Below are positions 17,169-25,307 of a stretch of DNA of 64,000 nt, piece by piece. The notes below the pieces were generated by a model, which had not been told where the DNA came from, made no database searches, and saw only the letters and a list, made by a program, of their open reading frames with translations. Position 1 is the stretch's first letter. Each line of letters opens with the position of its first letter. This DNA is from an uncultured Gemmatimonadales bacterium (GTDB lineage: Bacteria > Gemmatimonadota > Gemmatimonadetes > Gemmatimonadales > GWC2-71-9): NCBI GenBank assembly GCA_963742755.1, contig CAVUMU010000011.1, positions 256,147 through 320,146 of the forward strand, written 5' to 3'. Both the position numbers and the translations under genes were made by a program.

Positions 17169-19004
17169 TTGGGCCGGTTCTACCTTCTCCCGGCCGGCGC
17201 TCTCCTTTTCATTCTGACGGGGTTGGTCCTTCATCTCACAGGGCGGCCCGTTGCGGCAGCCCTGCTCTGGAGCGCGGGGCTCGCGATCACCGGGGCGCCG
17301 GTCGTATGGCAGACCCTCCGCGGCATGGCCGGGGGCCGTTTCGCTGCAGACCTGGTGGCGATGCTGGCTATCGTCACCGCCCTCATTCTGCGGGAGCCGC
17401 TTGCCGGGCTCATAGTGGTGCTCATGCAGACCGGCGGCGAGGCACTTGAGCGGTATGCCCAGGGGCGAGCCTCGGAGGCGGTTCGAGACCTGGAAGCGGC
17501 GGCGCCGCGAGTGGCTCATCGCGTAGTGGATGGCGCGGTGGAGGATGTGCCGGCGGAGACCGTGCGGGTCGGCGACAACCTCCTGCTGCGGCCGGGGGAG
17601 CTGTTGGCCTGCGACGCCGTGGTGCTGGAGGGCCGATCCCATGTAGATGCGGCGCGAATCACGGGAGAGCCCGTGCCGGTGAGCGCTTATCCCGGGATAA
17701 CACTGCTCAGCGGCAGTCTCAACCTCGAGGGTCCCCTCACCGTCCGCGCGACGGCCCCCGCCAGCGAGAGCCAGTACGCCCGTATCGTGGAGCTGGTCCG
17801 CAGCGCTCAGGGGAGCAAGTCGCCCCTCCAGCGGCTGGCCGACCGCTACGCCGTCTGGTTCACCCCCATCACCATCGCCGTCTCCGCGGCGACTTATCTC
17901 CTCTCCGGCGACGCCACCCGCGTGCTCGCCGTGCTGGTCGTGGCGACTCCATGCCCTCTTATCCTCGCGACGCCCGTGGCGGTAGTCGGCGGCATCAATC
18001 GCGCGGCGCGCCACGGAATCATTTTCCGCCACGGCACCGCGCTCGAGCAGCTCGGCCGGGTGGCAGTGGCCATCTTCGACAAAACCGGAACACTCACGAT
18101 AGGGCGGCCCGAGGTCGCCCGGGTGCTGACGGTTGCAGAATTCACCGAGGGCGAGATGCTCCGCCTCGCCGGCAGCGTGGAGCATGGGTCCGGCCATCTG
18201 CTCGCTCGAACGCTGGTTCAGTATACGGTCGAGCGCGGAATCGTTCTCCCTCCAGGGGTGCACATCACCGAGGCGCCAGGCCAGGGGGTGAGTGGTGAGG
18301 TGGAAGGTCACTCCGTGACGGTGGGTGGCTGGTCGTTCGTGGTGGGTCGCCATCCCGAGGCCGAGCCAACGCTCCGCGGCTTGCGGGCCCAGACGCAAGG
18401 CGCGGAGCTCAGGGCCTATGTGGCGGTGGATGGACTGGGCGCCGGGTTGATCGAATATGCCGACCGCCTGCGTCCGGAGCTGGCCGGCTTCATTCCGGAG
18501 CTGCGCCGGCTGGGCGTCTCACGGATTGTCCTGCTCTCCGGCGACGATCAGGCTAACGCCACGGCTGTGGGGAACGCGGTCGGGATTGACGAGGTGCAGG
18601 GTGACCTGCTGCCCGGGGCAAAAGTCGCCTACGTGCAGCGGCTGATGAAGGAAGGACAGCGGGTGCTGATGGTGGGCGACGGCACCAACGACGCGCCGGC
18701 ACTCAGCACAGCGACGGTGGGTATCGCGCTCGCCGCCGGTGGAGGCGGAATCACCGCCGAGGCCGCGGATGCGGTGATCCTGGCCGATGACCCGACTCGA
18801 GTCGCCGAGGCCATCAAGATCAGTCGCCGCACCCTCGGAATTGCCCGGCAGAGCATCTGGGCCGGGCTGGGGCTGAGCGGATCTGCCATGGTGGTGGCGA
18901 GCCTCGGCTATATCCCCCCTGTCGCGGGTGCCCTCCTCCAGGAGGCTATTGACGTCGCCGTGATCCTCAATGCCCTGCGCGCCGCCTTCCCCGGGCGGGA
19001 GTGA
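17169..19004 (+). CDS. P1B-type heavy-metal ATPase with PCP transmembrane motif and no N-terminal metal-binding domain
   Basis: VVATPCPLILATP, DKTGTLT and GDGTNDAPAL motifs. The start is uncertain; TTG 17169 is the first plausible start after the regulator stop, and the first ATG is about 17326. Confidence 0.8.
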   Translation: MGRFYLLPAGALLFILTGLVLHLTGRPVAAALLWSAGLAITGAPVVWQTLRGMAGGRFAADLVAMLAIVTALILREPLAGLIVVLMQTGGEALERYAQGRASEAVRDLEAAAPRVAHRVVDGAVEDVPAETVRVGDNLLLRPGELLACDAVVLEGRSHVDAARITGEPVPVSAYPGITLLSGSLNLEGPLTVRATAPASESQYARIVELVRSAQGSKSPLQRLADRYAVWFTPITIAVSAATYLLSGDATRVLAVLVVATPCPLILATPVAVVGGINRAARHGIIFRHGTALEQLGRVAVAIFDKTGTLTIGRPEVARVLTVAEFTEGEMLRLAGSVEHGSGHLLARTLVQYTVERGIVLPPGVHITEAPGQGVSGEVEGHSVTVGGWSFVVGRHPEAEPTLRGLRAQTQGAELRAYVAVDGLGAGLIEYADRLRPELAGFIPELRRLGVSRIVLLSGDDQANATAVGNAVGIDEVQGDLLPGAKVAYVQRLMKEGQRVLMVGDGTNDAPALSTATVGIALAAGGGGITAEAADAVILADDPTRVAEAIKISRRTLGIARQSIWAGLGLSGSAMVVASLGYIPPVAGALLQEAIDVAVILNALRAAFPGRE

Positions 19005-19030
19005 CAACGGGAAAGAGAGATTCCGGCACC

Positions 19031-19046
19031 CTTCAGGATGTCTTCA
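19031..19046 (+). promoter_or_regulatory. CTTCA-N6-CTTCA direct-repeat site F (upstream of the HAD/otsB-GH65 operon)
   Basis: ccCTTCAGgatgtCTTCATgg, 55 nt before ATG 19102. Confidence 0.6.
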
Positions 19047-19101
19047 TGGACCGGGTGCAACCTTACCGCGCATGCGCATGGCACCGACAGGGGGGATAGC
19101 T

Positions 19102-20740
19102 ATGCATGGGGAGTCGCCACTCGAGGTGCTCGGCAAGCGCTTTGCTGAGGGCGGGCTGACCACCGAGGACTACGAGGAGCGCGGCTCGAAGCTCGGCTTC
19201 GAGGCCGCCGTGTTCGATCTGGATGGCGTGCTGACGCTCACGGCGAGCCTCCACTCGGCCTCGTGGACAGCGCTTTTCGACGACTACCTGCGCGTCCGCG
19301 CCGAGCGCACCGGCCAGCCTTTCCACCCCTTCACGGAAGCGGACTACCGGGCCTACGTCGACGGCCGGCCGCGGTACGACGGCGTGCGCACGTTCCTCGC
19401 AGCCCGGGGGATCACCCTGCCCGACGGCGAGCCCTCCGACCCGCCGGAGCGGGAGACCGTCTGCGGGCTGGGGAACCGCAAGAACGCGCTCTTCCTGGCT
19501 CGCGTCGCGGAGGAGGAGGTGCCGGCCGATCCGGCGGCGGTCGGACTGGTGCGGGAGCTGCGCGCGAGCGGTGTCCGCGTCGGCCTGGCCTCTTCCAGCA
19601 AGAATACCGGACCGATTCTAAGGCGTGCCGGGCTCGACGGCCTCTTCGACGCCGTGGTCGACGGCGTTACCGGAGATCGTCTCGGACTCGACGGGAAGCC
19701 GGCGCCGGCCATCTTCCTCGAGTGTTTAAGACGCCTGGGAGCCCACGACCCCGCCCGGGCCGTGGTTGTGGAGGACGCAGACTCCGGGGTGGAGGCCGGA
19801 AGCCGCGGCGGCTTCGGCCTCGTGCTCGGGGTGGACCGCGGCGGGCGCGGTATCGCCCTGCGGGAGCACGGCGCCGACTGGGTCGTACGCGATTTCAAGG
19901 CCATCACGGCTGAACGGCTGGGGCAGTACTTCGCCAACCGGATCCACGCCCGCCCGAACGCGATCGCCCATTGGCCGGACCTCGAGGGAGAGCTGGGCCG
20001 CCGCAGGCCGGCGATCTTCCTCGACTACGACGGCACCCTCACTCCCATCGTGAGCCGTCCGGAACTGGCGGTCCTGGACGAGGGAATGCGGGCCGCCCTT
20101 CGCGACGTCGCGCACCCCTGGCCAACCACGATCGTGAGCGGACGCGGCCGAGACGACGTGGCGGAACTGGTCGGCCTCAGCGAGCTCAATTACGCGGGGA
20201 GCCACGGGTTCGACATCTCGGGGCCTCAGCCCCCGGGTCTGCGGCTCGAAGTCGCTCCAGAAGTGGTGCCGGTGCTGGACGGGGGCTTTCGCCGAGCTGC
20301 GCGACGGGACCGCGGAGATCCCGGGCGCGCTGGTCGAGAACAAGCGGTTCTCGCTCGCGGTGCACTATCGCCTGGTTCCTCCGGAGCGGGTGGCGGAGCT
20401 CGAGCGGATCGTGGACCAGGCGCTCGCGCACCGGCCGCAGCTCCGGAAGGCACTCGGCAAAAAGGTCTTCGAGCTTCGGCCCGCCATCGAGTGGGACAAA
20501 GGCAAGGCGGTGCTCTGGCTGCTGGAGACGCTGGATCTCGCCGGTCCGGAGGTCGCCCCGGTGTACGTCGGCGATGACGTCACCGACGAGGATGCATTCC
20601 AGGCGCTTGCTGACCGCGGGATCGGCATTCTGGTGGCCGAGCTGCCGCGGCCGACGGCCGCGCGCTACACCGTGCAGGACGTCACCGAGGTGGAGGAGCT
20701 GCTCCGCCGCCTCGCCGGCCTCGCCGGCGCTCCCCGATGA
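19102..20740 (+). pseudogene. Beta-phosphoglucomutase-like HAD / trehalose-6-phosphate phosphatase fusion, frame broken at the G5 run 20281-20285
   Basis: Frame 1 has AVFDLDGVLTLT...KPAPAIFLE...VVEDADSGVEAG (HAD-IA), then IFLDYDGTLTPIV...SGRGRDDV...YAGSHGFDI (TPP). After ..PVLDG the homology continues in frame 2 (ORF 20360..20740 and upstream): [30 protein letters not shown]...[13 protein letters not shown]. Removing one G restores LDGAFAELRDG. Confidence 0.75.
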
Positions 20741-23217
20741 GCGCCACGCTCGCAACGACTCGGGTGCAGGCGGACGGCGCCGCGACGGGCGCTGTGCCCG
20801 CGATCGATCCCTGGGTGCTGCGCTATACGGGCTTCAATCCCCAGCAGGAAGGCCTCCGCGAGGCGCTCTGCGCCCTCGGTAATGGATTGTTCCTGACCCG
20901 CGGCGCGGCCACCGAGGCGAGCGCTGACGACGTGCACTATCCGGGCACCTACGCCGCCGGTGGCTACAACGAGTTGGCCAGCGAAGTCGCCGGCCGCACC
21001 GTCGTCAATGAAGACCTGGTCAACTTTCCCAATTGGCTCCGGCTCACGTTCCGGCCCGAGGAGGGCGAGTGGCTCGAGCTAGGGAACGTGGAGCTCCTGT
21101 CCTACCGGCAGGAGCTGAACCTGCGGGAGGGGATGTTGGCGAGGCACTTCCGCTGCCGGGACGGCCAGGGCCGGGAGACGACGGTCGCCGAGCGACGCCT
21201 GGTACACATGCAAACGCCCCACCTGGCCGCGATCGACTATCGCATCACGCCGGAGAATTGGGGCGGGGCCATCCGGATCCGGTCCGAGCTCGATGGATCG
21301 GTGATCAACGCGGGGGTGCGGCGGTACCGCCAGCTCGCCAGCCGCCATCTCGAGGTGCCCGCGCGGGGCGCCGTGGCGCCCGAGGGTGTCTACCTCCTGG
21401 CGCGCACGACGCAGTCCCGGATCGAGGTGGCGCAGGCCGCGCGCACCCGCCTCTACCGCGGCGCGGAGCGGCTCGATGGAGAGCGGCTGGTGGTGCAGGA
21501 GCAGCCGGATCGGATCGGGGAGGAGCTGCGCGCGAGCATCACCGCCGGGGAAACGCTCCGGGTGGAAAAGGTTGTCGGGCTGTACCGATCCCGCGACCGC
21601 GGGATCGGCGACCCTGCCCAGGAGGCGCGGCTCGCCATCGGACGCGCGCCGGGCTTCGACGAGCTGGTCGCCGGGCACCGACTGGCCTGGCAGGCACTCT
21701 GGCAGCGCTTCGATATCGAGATCGGCGGGCCCAGTGCCCAGGGTGGAGTGCTGGCCACGGAGCAGCTGATTCTCCGGCTCCACATTTATCAGCTGCTCCA
21801 GACCGTCTCGCCGCACACGGTCGGTCTCGACGTCGGCGTACCGGCGCGCGGCCTCCATGGCGAGGCCTACCGGGGGCACATCTTCTGGGACGAGCTGTTC
21901 ATTCTGCCCTTCTACGAGCTCCGGGTGCCGTCCATCACCCGCTCCCTCCTGCTCTACCGCTACTATCGGCTCGACGCCGCGCGGGAGCTCGCGCGCGCGG
22001 CCGGCTACGCCGGGGCGATGTACCCCTGGCAGAGCAGCAGCGGTGGCCGAGAGGCTACCCAGGAGCTGCATCTCAACCCGCTCTCGGGTCGGTGGGAGCC
22101 AGACTACAGCCGGCTCCAGCGGCATGTGAACGCCGCCATCGTCTTCAACGTCTGGAGTTACTGGCGAGCAACCGGCGACCGGGCATTCCTGAGGGACTAC
22201 GGGGCGGAGATGCTGCTGGAGATTGCCCGCTTCTGGTCCAGCATCGCGTCGTGGAACGAGGCGCGCGACCGGTACGAGATCACGGGTGTCATGGGACCCG
22301 ACGAGTACCACGAACGATATCCGGAATCCCCCTCCGGCGGACTCAGGAACAACGGGTACACCAACGTGATGGCGGCCTGGTGTCTGCTCCGTGCACTTGA
22401 CACGCTGGAGGAGGTCGGACGCGCGCGCCGCGCCGAGCTGCTGGCGATGCTCGGCATTCAGGAGCACGAGCTGGAACGCTGGGGAGAGATCAGCCGGAAG
22501 ATGTTTGTGCCGTTCATCGACGGTGGCGTGATCGAGCAGTTCGAGGGGTATGACGACCTGGAGGCGCTCGACTGGGAGGGGTACCGCGAGCGGTATGGGA
22601 ACATCGGGCGGCTGGACCGGATCCTGCGGGCGGAGGGCGATTCGCCGGACCGGTACCAGGTCTCGAAACAGGCGGACGCAACGATGCTCTTCTTCCTGTT
22701 CGATGAAGACGAGCTGCATCGGCTGTTCGGGCAACTCGGCTATGCCTTCGACGGAGATACGCTCCGGCGGAATCTGGAGTACTACATCCCCCGGACCAGC
22801 CACGGCTCTACCCTCAGCAAAGTCGTGTTTGCTTCGGTCACTCACCACCTCGACCGCGAGGCCGGGTGCCGGCTCTTCCTGGACGCACTCCGCAGCGACG
22901 TGAACGACGTACAGGTCGGAACGACCTCCGAGGGGATCCACCTGGGCGCCATGGGCGGCACGGTCGGCATCGTGCTGGGCCGCTACGCCGGCCTGATCCT
23001 CGAGCCGCACGGCGTCCGCTTCGATCCAGAGCTGCCCCGGATCTTTAGGGAGTTGCGCTTCCGGGTGCACTGGCGCGGCCGTTGGCTGGATGTGCACTTC
23101 ACCGAAGAGCGCCTCCGGCTGACGGCGGATGGGGACCGGGTAGAGCCGGTACCGGTCATCGTCCGCGGCCGGCGGGTTTCCGTGCCGCCGGGAGGAACCG
23201 TCGACGTGCCGCTCTGA
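20737..23217 (+). CDS. Glycoside hydrolase family 65 (trehalose/maltose/kojibiose phosphorylase-like)
   Basis: 826 aa. GNGLFLTRGA, HGEAYRGHIFWDELFILPFY, MYPWQSSSGGREATQ and QVSKQADATMLFFL are typical GH65 blocks. ATGA overlap with the preceding gene. Confidence 0.9.
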   Translation: MSATLATTRVQADGAATGAVPAIDPWVLRYTGFNPQQEGLREALCALGNGLFLTRGAATEASADDVHYPGTYAAGGYNELASEVAGRTVVNEDLVNFPNWLRLTFRPEEGEWLELGNVELLSYRQELNLREGMLARHFRCRDGQGRETTVAERRLVHMQTPHLAAIDYRITPENWGGAIRIRSELDGSVINAGVRRYRQLASRHLEVPARGAVAPEGVYLLARTTQSRIEVAQAARTRLYRGAERLDGERLVVQEQPDRIGEELRASITAGETLRVEKVVGLYRSRDRGIGDPAQEARLAIGRAPGFDELVAGHRLAWQALWQRFDIEIGGPSAQGGVLATEQLILRLHIYQLLQTVSPHTVGLDVGVPARGLHGEAYRGHIFWDELFILPFYELRVPSITRSLLLYRYYRLDAARELARAAGYAGAMYPWQSSSGGREATQELHLNPLSGRWEPDYSRLQRHVNAAIVFNVWSYWRATGDRAFLRDYGAEMLLEIARFWSSIASWNEARDRYEITGVMGPDEYHERYPESPSGGLRNNGYTNVMAAWCLLRALDTLEEVGRARRAELLAMLGIQEHELERWGEISRKMFVPFIDGGVIEQFEGYDDLEALDWEGYRERYGNIGRLDRILRAEGDSPDRYQVSKQADATMLFFLFDEDELHRLFGQLGYAFDGDTLRRNLEYYIPRTSHGSTLSKVVFASVTHHLDREAGCRLFLDALRSDVNDVQVGTTSEGIHLGAMGGTVGIVLGRYAGLILEPHGVRFDPELPRIFRELRFRVHWRGRWLDVHFTEERLRLTADGDRVEPVPVIVRGRRVSVPPGGTVDVPL

Positions 23218-23229
23218 CCCGGCGAAGAA

Positions 23230-23256
23230 CTTCCTCCCGACTTCACGATCGCTTCA
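23230..23256 (+). promoter_or_regulatory. Triple 11-bp-phased repeat site G (upstream of the CBS gene at 23328)
   Basis: aaCTTCCtcccgaCTTCAcgatcgCTTCAtcg, preceded by an inverted GAAG. Confidence 0.6.
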
Positions 23257-23327
23257 TCGTTTGGCGCCCACATTACAGTCTGGGCTGCGCCACGAGAGCA
23301 TCGGTGTTCTTCAAGCAGGAGGCTGAT

Positions 23328-23765
23328 ATGTCAGTGAGCAGGATCTGTAGCCGGGTTGTCGCGACGGCGTCCGGCGGCGAGACCATCAGGACGGCGGCGC
23401 GCCGCATGGCCGAGCACGACGTCGGAACTCTGGTAGTTGTGGAGAATGGAGCGCCCCGGAGGGCTACCGGGATCGTCACCGACCGGGACCTAGCCGTTCG
23501 CTGCATCGCCGGCGGCTTGGATCCGGAGGGGGTGGCCCTGTTCGAGGTGATGACCGCTCCAGTTCACAGTGTGGACGAGCACACCCCGATAGAGGACGCG
23601 GTCGCAAAAATGGCGCGGGTTGGAACCCGCCGCCTGGTCGTCACGGGGGAGGACCAGAGCTTCGTCGGGCTTCTGAGTATGGACGACGTCCTAGGCGTGG
23701 CAATGGAGGAGGCCGGCGCGATCGGCCAGCTCCTCGAGCAGCAAAAGCCCCGTATTCCGGCATAG
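23328..23765 (+). CDS. CBS-pair domain protein
   Basis: AGGAGG sits 6 nt before the ATG. There are two CBS units (TIRTAARRMAEHDVGTLVVVE...GIVTDRDL and PIEDAVAKMARVGTRRLVVTGE...GLLSMDDVL). Confidence 0.85.
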   Translation: MSVSRICSRVVATASGGETIRTAARRMAEHDVGTLVVVENGAPRRATGIVTDRDLAVRCIAGGLDPEGVALFEVMTAPVHSVDEHTPIEDAVAKMARVGTRRLVVTGEDQSFVGLLSMDDVLGVAMEEAGAIGQLLEQQKPRIPA

Positions 23766-23781
23766 CGGCTCGGGTGAATCC

Positions 23782-24042
23782 ATGAGACGCCCGGTGAGCA
23801 AATCGGTAGAGGCCGACTTCATATCCCGCGAGCACCTCGTCCGTCTGCTGATCCAGCAGATCGAGCGAACCTTCGCCGCCGACGGCCGCGAACAGGCCCT
23901 GCAGCAGGTCGCCGACATGTTGCGTGGGCTGGACGAGGCCCCGCTCCGCGCCCTGGTGTATCGGCAGGGCTTACAGAGCGAGGACGAGATCATTGAGCCA
24001 GAGGCGGATCCTGCCAAGGCTGAAGGATCCGAGCAGGGGTGA
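23782..24042 (+). CDS. Small hypothetical protein
   Basis: 86-aa ORF starting 16 nt after the CBS stop. High GC3 is consistent with coding. No family recognised. Confidence 0.4.
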   Translation: MRRPVSKSVEADFISREHLVRLLIQQIERTFAADGREQALQQVADMLRGLDEAPLRALVYRQGLQSEDEIIEPEADPAKAEGSEQG

Positions 24043-24112
24043 CTTCCGATTAGGGTGATCGAGCGATCGTGATCTGGACGGCTTTAAGCGGATCAACCAC
24101 GCCTGTCTCCGG

Positions 24113-25030
24113 TCACTCCTCTTCCCTCCGGGTCGGTACCACGAGCACCGGGCAGGACGCGCCTCGAATGACTTTGTCGGCAACACTGCCGAGCAGCATC
24201 CGCTCCGCCCCCCGCGCCCCGTGGGTGCCTACCGCCAGCAGATCAGCCCCGCTTGCCTCGGCGAAGCGAAGGATTTCCTCTCCGACCCCGCGAGCAGAGA
24301 TCATCTGCGTGGCCACGCGCAGACCCCGGCTCCGCATTCGGGCGGCCACGCGTTCGAGGTAGCTCCGGGCGGAGTTCTCCTGCAGCTCCCGCCAGTGGGG
24401 GCGCAACTTGGCGGGATGCATGGCCATCTGGGTGATCGGCGCCACCGGAGGCTCCACCACCTGGACCAGGGTGAACTCCGGGTTCGGGCTCAAGGAACCC
24501 AGCTCGATGACAGGATCCAGCACCCGCTCGGCCTCACTCAATCCGTCCAGCGCCACCACGATATGCCGAAACTCGGTCGGTGGCGGCCCCTGCCTGGGGC
24601 GCAGCAGCAGGATCGGCACCTTGACCCGCCGGAGCAGCTGGTCCGCGACGCTCCCCAGCCAGAAGCGGTTGATGCCACTGCGCCCATGCGTCGTCATCAC
24701 GATCAGGCCGATCCGCTTAGCGCGGACATGGTCGGCCAGGGCCTGGGCTGGAGAACCATCGAGCAGGGCACAGCTTACCTCCAGTCCCTGCGTGGTCCCG
24801 AGCGCCTCGGCGGTGCCCTCGAGGCACTCGGCTGACTGCGCTCGGAACTGCTGCTCGAGCTCGGGATCGATCAGGGGCTCTTCCCCGGTGGCGGAAAACG
24901 CGGGCACCTGCTGGATAACCGTTGCCAGATGAAGTCGGGCTCCGCTCCGGTGCGCCACAGCTTCCGCAACCGGAAGAGCCTGCTCGGCTATGCTGGAGCC
25001 ATCGAGCGGCACAAGGATGGTGGCTGTCAT
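24113..25030 (-). CDS. Universal stress protein, tandem USP domains
   Basis: 305 aa: ILVPLDGSSIAEQAL...IVMTTHGRSGINRFWLGSVADQL and IVVALDGLSEAE...LLAVGTHGARGAERMLLGSVADKV. Confidence 0.9.
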   Translation of the reverse strand: MTATILVPLDGSSIAEQALPVAEAVAHRSGARLHLATVIQQVPAFSATGEEPLIDPELEQQFRAQSAECLEGTAEALGTTQGLEVSCALLDGSPAQALADHVRAKRIGLIVMTTHGRSGINRFWLGSVADQLLRRVKVPILLLRPRQGPPPTEFRHIVVALDGLSEAERVLDPVIELGSLSPNPEFTLVQVVEPPVAPITQMAMHPAKLRPHWRELQENSARSYLERVAARMRSRGLRVATQMISARGVGEEILRFAEASGADLLAVGTHGARGAERMLLGSVADKVIRGASCPVLVVPTRREEE

Positions 25031-25070
25031 CGGAATCTCCTTTTCCCCTCAAAGGATCACGAGAGAGGGG

Positions 25071-25086
25071 TGAAGCCACCGTGAAC
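25071..25086 (-). promoter_or_regulatory. Direct-repeat site B (upstream of USP 25030)
   Basis: Plus strand TGAAGccaccgTGAAC. Gene sense gGTTCAcggtggCTTCAccc. 41 nt from the ATG. Confidence 0.55.
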
Positions 25087-25101
25087 CGACGGCCAAGAAA
25101 T

Positions 25102-25128
25102 CTTCACTATGCCCTCACACCGCCTTTC
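25102..25128 (+). promoter_or_regulatory. Triple 11-bp-phased repeat site H (upstream of ppsA)
   Basis: CTTCActatgcCCTCAcaccgcCTTTC. More degenerate than the other sites. About 180 nt before ATG 25308. Confidence 0.4.
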
Positions 25129-25307
25129 GTCATCTGCGGCCAGTTTCTCATTTACGGCACTAACTCTGCGCTTTGTCCGCGGACCGGAGGCGGCCATGTC
25201 CGGCCAGTGGGAGGTGCTCCTTGACCCTGGGGGACCACATGGCACGACAACAGAAACGGCCACCGGCACTGGTCGGCCTGCTGGACCCGAGACCAGAGAC
25301 GACTGGG

